From positions 1 to 49,565 of the forward strand of contig DATABZ010000336.1 in assembly GCA_036259315.1 (NCBI GenBank): DNA of 49,565 nucleotides, read 5' to 3'. Below the pieces are notes generated by a model. The model saw only the letters and a list, made by a program, of their open reading frames with translations. It made no database searches and was not told the DNA's origin. The position numbers and the translations under genes are program-made. This document shows positions 1 through 10,200 of this stretch, piece after piece. Numbering within the stretch: position 1 is the stretch's first letter; every line of letters begins with the position of its first letter. The stretch comes from Gemmatimonadales bacterium. Lineage in GTDB: Bacteria; Gemmatimonadota; Gemmatimonadetes; Gemmatimonadales; GWC2-71-9.

Positions 1-1126
1 CCGCGCGGGAGGTGACGACGCCGAGCTTTCCCAGATCCCCCAGCGTTCGGATCGACGTGGCACCGCGCTGGCCCACGATGCGGCGCGCCGAGGTAGGACC
101 GATGCCGGGCACCCTCAGCAGCTCCTCGGGGGAGGCAGTCCGGATCTCGACGGGGAAACGCTCGGGGTGGGCGATCGCCCAGGCCGTCTTCGGATCCACG
201 GCCAACGGCAGGTTGCCCGTGGGCTCGAACACGACCTCGTCCACGTCGAACCCGTACTCCCGCAGCAGGTGATCGGCCTGGTATAGACGGTGTTCCCGGA
301 GCGCGGGGGCCGCCGGTGCGCTCTCGAGCGGGGTGTCCTCGATAGGGCGGAACGCGCTGAAGTGCGCGTGGTGGATGCCGCCCCCGGCGCCCAGCTGGCT
401 GACGGTGCGAAGGATGGTGCGGTCCGAGTCGGAAGACGCACCGACGACGAACTGCATCGTCATGCCCGCGACGCCCCCCGGATGCAGCGCATCGCCGGGC
501 TTCCCGTGCGCCCGCTCGGCGCGCTCACGCAACAGATGGCCGCGCACCTGCTCGAGGTTCGAGACGGTCGTTCCGAAGCTCTTGTCGGGTGCGATGGAGG
601 CCAGACTGGCCCCGCACGGCGCCTCCAGGTTCACCGAGACCCGGCTGGCGAGCCGGGTGAGCCGCTCGACCTGAGCCGGCTCGGCGCCGGGCACCAGCTT
701 CACATGGATGTACCCGCCGAAGCGGTGCCGCTCGCGCAGCAACTCGAGAGCAGTGATGAGATCGTCCATCACCTTCACCGGCCGACCCGGAATTCCGGTG
801 GTGACGAAGAGCCCCTGGCACCATCCTCGCGCCCGTGCGCCCAGAAAGATCCGCACCAGCTCCTCGGGCTTGAGCAGCGTGCGGGGCATGTTTCGGTCCC
901 GGCGCATCGGGCAATAGTGACAGTTGTAGCTGCAGGCATTCGTCATGAGGATGCGGAGGAGGGACATCCGCATCCCGGGAAGCGGGCGCAGGTGCCGGAT
1001 GTTGATCGGCCCGAGCGCTCCGGTGGACCGCGCGTGTCGCAGCCTGGGCGGCAGGCCCTCGCGATCGTCGGCGGCGAGCGACATCAGGGAATCGAGCTTG
1101 CGCTCCAGATCAGGGCTTCGCGACAT
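1..1126 (-). CDS. putative DNA modification/repair radical SAM protein (3' end runs off the window)
   Basis: Not in the ORF track (no stop inside the window); hand-translated from ATG at 1126-1124. GAGGAGGA RBS on the minus strand at about 1131-1138. N-terminus MSRSPDLERKLDSLMSLAADD...LLRILMTNACSYNCHYCPMR carries the radical-SAM CX3CX2C motif. The C-terminal part reads PEELLRVPGIGPTSARRIVGQRG, a helix-hairpin-helix typical of the rSAM family linked to UDG-like genes. Confidence 0.7.
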   Translation of the reverse strand, partial: MSRSPDLERKLDSLMSLAADDREGLPPRLRHARSTGALGPINIRHLRPLPGMRMSLLRILMTNACSYNCHYCPMRRDRNMPRTLLKPEELVRIFLGARARGWCQGLFVTTGIPGRPVKVMDDLITALELLRERHRFGGYIHVKLVPGAEPAQVERLTRLASRVSVNLEAPCGASLASIAPDKSFGTTVSNLEQVRGHLLRERAERAHGKPGDALHPGGVAGMTMQFVVGASSDSDRTILRTVSQLGAGGGIHHAHFSAFRPIEDTPLESAPAAPALREHRLYQADHLLREYGFDVDEVVFEPTGNLPLAVDPKTAWAIAHPERFPVEIRTASPEELLRVPGIGPTSARRIVGQRGATSIRTLGDLGKLGVVTSRA

Positions 1127-1178
1127 TGGCTCCTCCTCGCTCCTTCCAGGCTACCCGAAGAAAAGCCGAAGCGCAAGA

Positions 1179-2285
1179 GTGCCTCGAACCCCACCACTCG
1201 CCGGTATCAGGGTGCTCGACCTCACCCGCGTCCTCGCCGGGCCGCTCTGCACCATGACGCTCGGCGATCTGGGCGCGCAGGTGATCAAGGTCGAGCGGCC
1301 GGGCTCGGGCGACGAGACCCGCGGATGGGGACCGCCGTTCGACTCGGAGGGAAGGAGCGCCTACTACCTCTCGGTGAACCGCAACAAGCTCGGGGTCGCG
1401 CTGGATCTGGACCTCGAGCCCGACCGCGACCTTCTGATGGGGCTGGCCAACGAGGCGGACGTGGTGGTGGAGAACTTCAGGGCCGGCACGCTGGAGCGCC
1501 GGGGCATCGTACCGGAGGCGCTCCTCCGGTCGTCGCCGCGCCTGGTCTGGTGCAGGCTCACCGGCTTCGGCGCCGACAGCCGGCGACCGGGCTACGACGT
1601 CGTGGTGCAGGCCGAAGCAGGCTGGATGGCCATCACGGGAGAGCCGGATGGCGAGCCGATGAAGATCGGGGTGGCCCTGGCCGACGTCTGCGCCGGCAAG
1701 GATGCCGCGATCGCGATCCTCGGCTGCCTCGCCTCACGCGCCGGGCTGGGCGACGCGGAACGGATGCTCACCATCTCCCTCGCGCACAGCGCGACGGCCG
1801 CGCTGGTCAACGTCGCTCAGAACGCGCTCGTGACCGGCGAGGAGCCCCGGCGCTGGGGGAACGCGCATCCGAACCTGGTGCCCTACCAGTTGTTCGAGGC
1901 CGCGGATCGGCCGTTCATCCTCGCGGTGGGCAACGATGCCCAGTGGCTCGGCTGTTGTCGCGCGCTGGAGCGGTTGGATCTGGGGAACGATCCTCGCCTG
2001 CAGCGGAACGCGGGAAGAGTAGAGCACAGGGCTGAGCTGGTGCACACGCTGGGCCAGACGCTCCGCACCCGCGGGGCCGCCGATTGGCTCGAGCGGCTCG
2101 AGGGGCACGGCGTGCCCGCCGGCGTGGTGCGGCGGGTGTCGGAGGCGTTGGCCGATGTGGAGGCGGACGCGAGGACCGGGGTGGCGCCGCTCGCACCGGG
2201 ATCCGTGCGCCTGCCGCCACCCGGGCTGGACGAGCACGGGCCCCTCGTGCGCGCGCGGGGCTGGGGGGCGTTCGAGGCCCTATGA
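1179..2285 (+). CDS. CoA-transferase family III (CaiB/BaiF-like)
   Basis: ORF 945..2285. The conserved N-terminus LAGIRVLDLTRVLAGPLCTMTLGDLGAQVIKVERPGSGDETRGWGPP is typical of family III CoA transferases. In-frame GTG at 1179 chosen as start because upstream residues look non-coding; start is uncertain. Confidence 0.85.
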   Translation: MPRTPPLAGIRVLDLTRVLAGPLCTMTLGDLGAQVIKVERPGSGDETRGWGPPFDSEGRSAYYLSVNRNKLGVALDLDLEPDRDLLMGLANEADVVVENFRAGTLERRGIVPEALLRSSPRLVWCRLTGFGADSRRPGYDVVVQAEAGWMAITGEPDGEPMKIGVALADVCAGKDAAIAILGCLASRAGLGDAERMLTISLAHSATAALVNVAQNALVTGEEPRRWGNAHPNLVPYQLFEAADRPFILAVGNDAQWLGCCRALERLDLGNDPRLQRNAGRVEHRAELVHTLGQTLRTRGAADWLERLEGHGVPAGVVRRVSEALADVEADARTGVAPLAPGSVRLPPPGLDEHGPLVRARGWGAFEAL

Positions 2286-3206
2286 CGCCGCCGGCTTGGT
2301 CTTGAGCGTGCTGTCCGCCGGAGCGAGCCGGTCGGCGGTCCAGGTGTCCAGCCGGTAGACCGTGCTGTCCCCCGCGGCCTGGACCCAGAAGCCGTTCGCC
2401 GTCGAGTCGAACGCGAGCGCCAGAAGCGGCGTGCCGTCCTTGCGCAGCAGCCGCACCCGGCGATCGGGTCGGGCGAGCTGCGCGGAGTCCGCCTCCGCGC
2501 GCGAGGCGAAGTCCGCCGCCTCCACTTCTCGATAGGCGGCGAGCAGCTCCGCGACGGCCGCGCTGTCGGCCCGGCCGCCGGGCACCAGGCTCCACGCCGT
2601 GCTGTCGCGGCGAATCGTGTACGCGCGCCGGCCGCGGGTCACCTCGATCAGTCCCACGCTGTCCTCGGATACGCCCGCGATCCTGCGGTCGCGCCATTCC
2701 TCGGAAGACTGCTCCAGCGCCTCCGCCAGATCGCCGCCCACCAGATAGACCGACGAGTCAGCTGCCAGGCGGAAGTACCCGCCCTCGAGGCTGGGCCCCC
2801 GGTTGCCCTGCACCAGGTCCGCCACCATGGAGTCTCCGCGCACGATCCGGATCCGTGTGCCCTTGGCGCTGTCCACGCCGAAGCCGCCGTGCGAGCCCGG
2901 ACGGGTCCCCACCAGTTCGGTCCGGCGAGCGGTGTCCGCCAGGGCACCGAAGAGCTGCTGGACGGCGCTTCCGGAGGCAGGGTGCCCGTTCACCGTCCAG
3001 GCGGAGTCGCGCCGGCCCAGGCGGACGGTGTCGGCGGCGCGCATGATGATCACCGAATCCACGGAGTCGCGGGTGAGCGCCGGCAGCGCGAAGCGATCAG
3101 TCTCGGATAGCCCCTGGGAGCCGCGGCGCGCGAGCGAGACGGCACCCCAGAGCAGCAGCAGCGCTCCGAGGATCATGGCGAGTCGAGCGAGCTGAGCCGA
3201 CGTCAT
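2280..3206 (-). CDS. DUF4340-like protein, accessory to the GldG-type ABC system
   Basis: 308 aa ORF with an N-terminal TM anchor (LARLAMILGALLLLWGAV). 4-bp overlap with the upstream GldG-fusion gene. Position and size match the DUF4340 genes that follow gldG-like genes. Confidence 0.6.
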   Translation of the reverse strand: MTSAQLARLAMILGALLLLWGAVSLARRGSQGLSETDRFALPALTRDSVDSVIIMRAADTVRLGRRDSAWTVNGHPASGSAVQQLFGALADTARRTELVGTRPGSHGGFGVDSAKGTRIRIVRGDSMVADLVQGNRGPSLEGGYFRLAADSSVYLVGGDLAEALEQSSEEWRDRRIAGVSEDSVGLIEVTRGRRAYTIRRDSTAWSLVPGGRADSAAVAELLAAYREVEAADFASRAEADSAQLARPDRRVRLLRKDGTPLLALAFDSTANGFWVQAAGDSTVYRLDTWTADRLAPADSTLKTKPAAS

Positions 3207-5434
3207 CCCGCGCTCCCGGGCACCGGCACCAGCGGACGGTAGGGCTCCCGTGTCCGCCGGCGTCGCCGCACCAGCCGCACCACGCCCAGCAGGGCCACCG
3301 CGAGCGGCAGCCCGACCAGGTTGGCGTATTTCACGCCCTCGCGCAGCGCCGAGCTCTCGAACAGCAGCGGCGGTGGGCGTCGGTCCTTCGAGCGAATCGC
3401 GATCAGCTCCTCGTCCTGCGCGAGCCAGTCCACCGCGTTCAGCGTGAAGGCGAGGTTCTCCGGCGCGGTGCGCACGAAGCGGTCGGTGGCGAAGTCCAGG
3501 CTGCCGACCACGACGATCCGGCCCGCGGCCTTGCCGCCTTCCGAAGCCGGCTGTGGGTTCACCAACGCCGCCAGCAGCCGCTGCTTCAGGTCCGTCTGCG
3601 GGAAGTCCTGGGTCGGGGTGATCGTGGTGACGTTGCTGAAGGTGCCCGTGGCCTGGCTGCTGCTGAGCAGCGGTGTGACCGTGCCCTTCGCGGCGCCGGT
3701 CGTATCGATCGTGCTCGCCCAGGTGAGCACCACGGCGCTCAGATCCTGGTTCACCGGCGTCGCCCCGGTGCTCTGCGCCCGGATGAAGAACGGATACACC
3801 TGGAGCACGCGGCCGAAGTCGGTCGGGAGGGGGATCACCTCATTCGCCAGGAGATCGTACGCCATGTCGCTCCGGATTGTCACACCGTAGGGCCTTAGGA
3901 GCGCGTTCCAGGCCACCTGCTTCGGCTGCGCCGTCGGCGCACGCTGCGAGACTTCCATTCCCGGCGCGAGCACCAGCGCGCTTCCGCCACGGTTCAGGAA
4001 GGCTTCCAGCCGCCTGAGCTGATCGGCCGGCAGGCTGTCCGGCGTGCCGGCGAGCACCAGCGACACCACGTCAGGTCCGGGCTGGGTCGAATCGCTCAGG
4101 TCGATGTCGCGCACGTCGTACGAGCGGCGGAGCTGCTCCTGCATGTCCGCGAAGGCGGCCGACGGGCCGGTCGAGTAGGTCACGAAACCGACCGCCGGCT
4201 TCTTGTCGCGGGTGAGCTGCCGGATGGTGGACGCCATCCGGTACTCCAGGTCGTCGGTCCGCTGGACGAAGGGAATGGTCTCGGTCTCGCCGCCGTGCTG
4301 GACCGCGAGCCCGAGGTAGCCCTGCTTCACCTGCAGCTCCGCTTCGCCGATGACGTTGAACTGCACCGGCTGAATGCCGAGGGACTCGGCCTCGCGGCGG
4401 GCCTCCTCGTCGTCCGAGGGGTCGCGCTCGATGACGCGCACCTGCCCGCGTCCGGCGGAACGCAGGTCGCGGAGCAGATCGTCCACGTCCCGCTTCATGA
4501 GCGCGACTTCGGTCGGCAGCTCCTTGGAGGCGAAGAGCTTCACGGTGACGAGGTCGTCCAGGTCGCGGACGATCCTGCCGGTGGCCGGGGACAGGGTGTA
4601 GGCGTTGCCCGGCGTGAGGTCGAGCCGCCCGCCGATGTAGTTCCCGAGCAGGTTCACCACGACCAGCGACACCGCCAGCATCGCGACGCCCAGTTTGAGG
4701 CGCCGCGCGCCCGCGCCCGGCGCGAGCTTGCGGCTGAGCAGGGCGCCGTATGCCAGCGCGAGGAAGATGCCGGCCAGCGAGACGAAGTAGATCACGTCCC
4801 TGAGATCGACCACGCCGCGGCCGAGGCTCTCGAAGTGGGAGAGCACGCCGATCCGCGCGGCGATCGCGCCGAGTCCCGGCGGGAGCCCGACGAGCAGCGG
4901 GTCGAGGCCGACCAGGATCAGCAGGAACATGAGCCCGGCACCCACGATGAAGGCGGTGATCTGGCTGCGGGTGAGGCTCGAGGCCCACACGCCGATGCCG
5001 GCCAGCCCGGCCGCGAGGAGTGCTGCGCCGATGTACTGCCCGAAGATGGTGCCCCAGGGCAGGTCCGCGCCGGCCGAGAGCCCCAGCGGAATGGCGAAGG
5101 TCAGGGCCAGCGCGATCCAGAGGAACAGCACCGAGCCGAGATACTTGCCCAGCAGCAGCTCCAGCTCGCTCACCGGCTGCGCCAGCACCACCTCGATCTG
5201 ACCGCCCCGGATGTCCTCCGCCAGCGACCGCATGGTGACGGCCGGGACGAAGAAGAGGAACTCCCAGGGCAGGTAGTCGAGCATGGGCCGCAAGCTCGCG
5301 GTGTTCGACAAGTATGCCTGACGGAAGAAGAGGAACGCGTTGATCGCGAGGAACACGACCAGCAGCACGTAGCCGGTCGGCAGGTCGAACATCGCCCGGA
5401 GCTCGCGACCCGCGATGGTCCAGATACGCCTCAT
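3203..5434 (-). CDS. fused ABC-2 type permease / GldG-like ABC transport auxiliary protein
   Basis: Real start taken at MRRIWTIAGRELRAMFDLPTGYVLLVVFL (ATG 5434, ATGA overlap with the ATPase stop). About 240 aa of multi-TM ABC-2 permease are followed by a GldG-like domain (LTPGNAYTLSPATGRIV...VKLFASKELP...QGYLGLAV) and a C-terminal TM helix. Residues upstream in the 961-aa ORF are an Arg/Pro/Gly-rich artefact. Confidence 0.8.
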   Translation of the reverse strand: MRRIWTIAGRELRAMFDLPTGYVLLVVFLAINAFLFFRQAYLSNTASLRPMLDYLPWEFLFFVPAVTMRSLAEDIRGGQIEVVLAQPVSELELLLGKYLGSVLFLWIALALTFAIPLGLSAGADLPWGTIFGQYIGAALLAAGLAGIGVWASSLTRSQITAFIVGAGLMFLLILVGLDPLLVGLPPGLGAIAARIGVLSHFESLGRGVVDLRDVIYFVSLAGIFLALAYGALLSRKLAPGAGARRLKLGVAMLAVSLVVVNLLGNYIGGRLDLTPGNAYTLSPATGRIVRDLDDLVTVKLFASKELPTEVALMKRDVDDLLRDLRSAGRGQVRVIERDPSDDEEARREAESLGIQPVQFNVIGEAELQVKQGYLGLAVQHGGETETIPFVQRTDDLEYRMASTIRQLTRDKKPAVGFVTYSTGPSAAFADMQEQLRRSYDVRDIDLSDSTQPGPDVVSLVLAGTPDSLPADQLRRLEAFLNRGGSALVLAPGMEVSQRAPTAQPKQVAWNALLRPYGVTIRSDMAYDLLANEVIPLPTDFGRVLQVYPFFIRAQSTGATPVNQDLSAVVLTWASTIDTTGAAKGTVTPLLSSSQATGTFSNVTTITPTQDFPQTDLKQRLLAALVNPQPASEGGKAAGRIVVVGSLDFATDRFVRTAPENLAFTLNAVDWLAQDEELIAIRSKDRRPPPLLFESSALREGVKYANLVGLPLAVALLGVVRLVRRRRRTREPYRPLVPVPGSAG

Positions 5435-6372
5435 GCGGGCTCCTGGTCGGTGGTGAGCTGGCGGAACAGATCCTCGAGGCTCCCCGCCTCCTGGTGCAGC
5501 TCGAACAGTGTCCACCCCGAGACCTTGGCCAGCTCGAAGACCCGCGGCCGCAGGTCCTCGACTCCGGCGACCGTGACGGTGGCGCGCACCCGGTCGCCGT
5601 CCACGGCCCGGGCTTCGATGCCGCGGACGCCCGGGAGCTCGGCCAGCCGGTCGGCGATGCCGGTCCCGCGGGCCTCCACGCTGATGCGGGCTCCGTCTTT
5701 GGCCCGGGAGACGAGGTCGTCCACCGGCCCGTCCGCCACGATGCGGCCCCGATTGATGATCAGGAGCCTGGAGCAGGTGAACTGGACTTCGGGGAGAATG
5801 TGGGTCGAGAGGATGACCGTGCGCTCCCGGCCGAGTTGCGCGATGAGCCGGCGGATCTCGACCCGCTGGTTGGGGTCGAGCCCCTCGGTGGGCTCGTCGA
5901 GCACCAGCAGATCGGGCCGGTGGAGAATGGCGGCCGCGAGCCCCACCCGCTGGCGATAGCCCTTGGACAGCTCGCCGATCGGGCGGTGGTACACGCTCTC
6001 GATGCCGGTGGCGGCGATCGCCTCGTCGAGGGAGGCGCGCCGGTCCGAGCCGCGGATGCCACGGAGGCCGGCCACGTAGTCCAGCCATTCCGAGACCAGC
6101 ATCTCACCATAGAGCGGGTTGTTCTCGGGGAGGTAGCCGATCCGGCGCTTGGCCTCCCGCCCGCCGTCGGCGAGGGGCACGCCGTCGAGGCGGATGGTTC
6201 CGGTGTCCGGCTCGAAGTACTGGGTGATCATGCGCATGGTGGTGGACTTGCCGGCGCCGTTGGGGCCCAGGAAGCCGACCACCTGCCCGCGATCCACCCC
6301 GAAGGAGACCTCATCCACGGCGGGGATGCCGTCGAACCGCTTGGAGACTCGGTCGAGCGTGAGTAACGACAT
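5431..6372 (-). CDS. ABC transporter ATP-binding protein (GldA-like)
   Basis: Walker A GPNGAGKST, signature LSKGYRQR, Walker B LLVLDEPTEGLD. Start placed at MSLLTLDRV (ATG 6372). Confidence 0.9.
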   Translation of the reverse strand: MSLLTLDRVSKRFDGIPAVDEVSFGVDRGQVVGFLGPNGAGKSTTMRMITQYFEPDTGTIRLDGVPLADGGREAKRRIGYLPENNPLYGEMLVSEWLDYVAGLRGIRGSDRRASLDEAIAATGIESVYHRPIGELSKGYRQRVGLAAAILHRPDLLVLDEPTEGLDPNQRVEIRRLIAQLGRERTVILSTHILPEVQFTCSRLLIINRGRIVADGPVDDLVSRAKDGARISVEARGTGIADRLAELPGVRGIEARAVDGDRVRATVTVAGVEDLRPRVFELAKVSGWTLFELHQEAGSLEDLFRQLTTDQEPA

Positions 6373-6564
6373 ATCGCTGCTTGGGTTGGGGGAACTGTCG
6401 GGCGGGATACTAATGCCCGTGCCCGCGACCATCAAGCGCCAGACGGCAGAAGGGCCAGACGGCGGGGAGGGTCAAACGGGTGGCAGGCGTCATACGGCTG
6501 AAAATGCGCAGGCCGGCCCCAGAGTCGCATCCCGCGGGGGCGGGGAGCGATTACATTCGCACGC

Positions 6565-7230
6565 GTGTCCGCTCACAGGAGAGAAAACTTCGCCCGCCGG
6601 GCGGCGGCGCTCGGCGTGGTCGCGGCCTGCGTTTGCGCGACCAGCGTACCAGCCGGCGCACAGGAGCGCGCCGCGGTAGGCGCGGAGGTAGGCTATTCCC
6701 GTGCCGATCTGACCGGCGAAGCCTCGGACCTGGTGGAGAGCCGCCAGGGCGCGATCACGGGGGTGTATCTGCACCTGCCGGCCAGCCGGGTACTGAGCGT
6801 CCGGCCGGAGCTCCTGTTTTCCCTGCGAGGCGGCCGGGCTTTGGTGCTCGTAGAGGGGTCCATCACCGAGCTCGACATCGAGCTCGCGTATCTCGAGTTC
6901 CCGCTCCTGGCCCGGGCGGTGCTGCCGCGCGGGCGGGTCAGGCCTGCCGTATTCGGCGGGCCATCGGTCGCGCTCCAGATCGGATGCGATCTCGTCTTCA
7001 CGTTCTCGCCCGACTCGACGGGCCGCTTCACCTGCGGGCAGGAGCAAGCCACCAGCCAGGTCCGTGAGTGGGACCTCGCCTGGATCGCGGGTGCGGCCCT
7101 TGAACTGCACCTGCCCCGCACCACCCTCGCCCTCCAAGGCCGCTACACCGCGGGCTTCCGCTCGATCCTCGAGGGCCCCGTGGATCTGAGGAACCGCGGC
7201 ATAGCGGTGCTGTTCGGCTTGACCTTCTAG
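6565..7230 (+). CDS. outer-membrane beta-barrel protein (porin-family/OmpA-like barrel)
   Basis: Signal peptide ending AGAQE, alternating hydrophobic beta-strand pattern, and C-terminal ...AVLFGLTF ending in Phe (OMP signature). GTG start. Confidence 0.6.
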   Translation: MSAHRRENFARRAAALGVVAACVCATSVPAGAQERAAVGAEVGYSRADLTGEASDLVESRQGAITGVYLHLPASRVLSVRPELLFSLRGGRALVLVEGSITELDIELAYLEFPLLARAVLPRGRVRPAVFGGPSVALQIGCDLVFTFSPDSTGRFTCGQEQATSQVREWDLAWIAGAALELHLPRTTLALQGRYTAGFRSILEGPVDLRNRGIAVLFGLTF

Positions 7231-7234
7231 GCCC

Positions 7235-10200
7235 CTACTCGAAGAAGTACCGCAGCCCCAGCTGCGCCCTCCACCGCGAGAACACGCTCGGGTCGTCGAT
7301 GAAGGTCTCGGCCGGGCCGGTGAACTGGAGGACCGGAGCTCCGTTCGCGTCGAACTGGGGCACGCCGTTCTCGTCCGTCGCCAACCGCAGCGGCGAGGTG
7401 GCGGCGGCGCTCGCCACCTTCCGGACGCCCCAGTCCGAGCTGATCAGGTTCCCCACGTTCAGCACGTCCAGGCTCAGCTGGAAATTGTGCCGGGTGACGC
7501 CGCCGAAGGCGAAGTCCTGGAGGATGCGGAGATCCACGTTGCTGTACCAGGGGTTGACCGCGCCGTGCCGCTCCGCGATCTCGCCCCGGTGGGAGCGGAG
7601 GTAGTCGTCCTGCTCGATGAAGGCATCCAGGGCCTCCCACTGCTGCTGGGCCGTGACGTTGGCGCCGCAGCCCGCCGGGCAATCGGCCAGCGTGATCTCG
7701 CTCTGGTCGCGGGGAATGTAGATGAGGTCGTTCCCGCCGGTGCCGTCCCCGTTCACGTCGCCGGAATAGATGAAGGAATACCGGTTACCGCCCGCGCCGG
7801 CGAAGCGGTTCCCCTCCGCGACTTCGAGGAAGAGCCCGATCGACGTGCGCAGGTTCTCCGACCACGACTTCACGTAGGTGGCGCCGCCCACGATGCGGTG
7901 CCGCTGGCCGAACTCGGAGTAGCTGAGCTCGGGGTTGTTCGGATCACCCTGAACCGGCTGGCTTTGCCAGAGCACGCTGGCGATCTCGGTCGACTTCAGG
8001 TTGTTCTTGGCCTCGGTGAAGCTGTATCCCAGGACGGCACTGAGTCCGAACTCGAAGCTCTTCCGGAGCTGGGCGGTCACGTTGAGGTTGTGCCCCTCGC
8101 TGGTGTTGTCCAGCACGTAGATGCCGGCACCCCCGTCGGGGTTCAGCTCGTTGGCGCCGACACCCCCGTAGTAGGGCCGGCCGTCCGGCAGCGTGCGCAC
8201 GGGAGCGACCAGATCGGCGTTGCGCACGATCACGTTGTTGATGTCGTTCCCGTAGATCACCTCGAGGGTGCCGAGGAACCCGCGGCCGAGCTGCTGGTCG
8301 ACGGCCACGTCGGTGATCCAGGTCTGGGGCCACTTGAAGTCGGACACCATTGCATTCAAGTCGAACGACTGGGCCAGGGTCGCGTCGTCCTTGGTGGGAC
8401 GGACCGGGCCGGTCGGGAACAGGTTCGGGTTCGCGCCGGGGTTGGAGACCACGTTGCCGACCCAGACGAACGGCACCCGGCCCGTGAAGATCCCGGTGCC
8501 GCCGCGCAGCTGGGTGCGCCGGTCGCCGCTGACGTTCCAGTTGAACCCCACCCGTGGTGAGAACAGGGCCTGCGCCCCCGGCAGCTCGCTCTGATCGACG
8601 GTCTCCGGCTCCCGGTTCTCGTCCAGCGCGGTCAGGGAACGGGAGAACGGATTGTCCACCGGGTCCGTGAAGTACAGCGGGAAGTCCACCCGGACACCGA
8701 ACGTCAGATTCAGGCGCTCCGAGGCCAGCAGCTCGTCCTGGGCATAGACGCCGACCTGGCCGACGTCGATGTTCTCGCCCTTGAACGGCCCGGTTCCGAT
8801 CATCGCGCGGAAGTCCTTCTGATTCGGGTTCGCCGGGTCCGTGGCGGTGAAGAACTCCTCCAGCGAGCCGAACGTGCTCCCCACCGGGAGCGAGGCCGGC
8901 AGGAAGAAGACCCCGTTCCTGAAGAGATTGAATGCGTTGAAGAAGCTGAACGCCTCGAAGTTGGCGCCGAAGGTGAGCGAGTGGCGCCCCTGGAACAGGG
9001 TGAAGTTGTTGGTGAGCTGGAAGACGTCCTGGTCCAGGATGTTGTGGATCGAGAACGGCTCGTGGCCGAGCGTGGTGTAGGTGACCCCGCCCTCGCCGAT
9101 CTCGATGGTGGGGAAGGGCTCGCTGAACGGCTGGCGGAAGTCACGGAACCGGTTGTAGCTGGCGAAGAAGCGGTTGGCGAACGCGCTCCCCCGGCTGTTC
9201 AGCTCCAGCGCGAAGGAGTGCAGGTCGTTGTTGATGGCATACCCGGCATTCCGGAACGGCAGGCTGCTCTCGTTCGGACCCCGCCCCGTGTTGGCGAAAC
9301 TCAGCACGAACGGGTGGGGCGGCAGGTCCCGCTTGGCGTCCAGGAAGTTGTACCGGAGCGAGAGATTGTTGCTCGGGTTGATGTTCCAGTCCAGCTTCGC
9401 GAGCACCTTGTTGTTGTCGGTCTCGTTGACGTAGCCCTCGTAGGGGCCGGGATCGTAGCCGTACGCGTCGATCATCCGCTGACGGATGGCGTCCATGACC
9501 GAGGCCTCCACCCGCGAGAAGCCGAAGCCGGACGAGCCGCGGCTCGCCGCGAAGTTGGTGCCCGGGTCGTCGGTGCGCTCCAGCTCGGCGTTCACGAAGA
9601 AGAAGAGCTTGTCCCGCACCAGGGGACCACTGAGCGAGAAGCCCGACTGGATGAAGCTCAGGTCGGGGTCGGCCACGACATCCTGGCCGCTCACCGTGTT
9701 GCCGAGCAGCGCCTCGTTCCGCCCGAAGGTGTAGAGCGACCCGCGCAGGGTATTGGTGCCGCTCTTGGTGACGGTGTTGATGTTGGCCCCGGTGAACCCG
9801 CCCTCGCGCACGTCGAAAGGCGCCAGCGAGACCTGCACCTGCTCCACCGCGTCGTACGGCACCGGCTCGGCGTTGGTCTGGCCACCCGGCGCGGGGTCGT
9901 CGAGGCCGAACGGGTTGTTGAAGTAGGAGCCGTCGAGCGACACGTTGTTGTAGAGCCAGTTCCGGCCCGCGAAGCTGAAGTTTCCGTCGTTGCGGGGATC
10001 CAGCCGGATCAGGTCGCGGGTCGACCGCTTGACCGACGGGAGCACCTCCACCTGCTCCGGGGTTATGTAGGTGGCGGCCCCGGTGCGTCCGGCGTCGAGC
10101 ACCTCGTCCCGCTCCGCCGTGACCGCGATCTCCTCCAGTTCCACGGCCTGGGCGCTGAGCGCCAGGTCCAGGCGCAGCGTCTGTCCCAACCTCAGCTCGA

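Noticed and set aside
290-2035. 581-aa plus-strand ORF spanning the first 2 kb
   Set aside because: It crosses the boundary between two real genes: the radical SAM gene on the minus strand and the CoA-transferase in another plus frame. Its translation is Arg/Gly/Ala-rich with no motif.
5435-6088. N-terminal 218-residue extension of the 961-aa ORF 3203..6088
   Set aside because: The extension overlaps the ABC ATPase gene in another frame and is Arg/Pro/Gly-rich. The permease signature starts at MRRIWTIAG, with an ATGA coupling to the ATPase stop.
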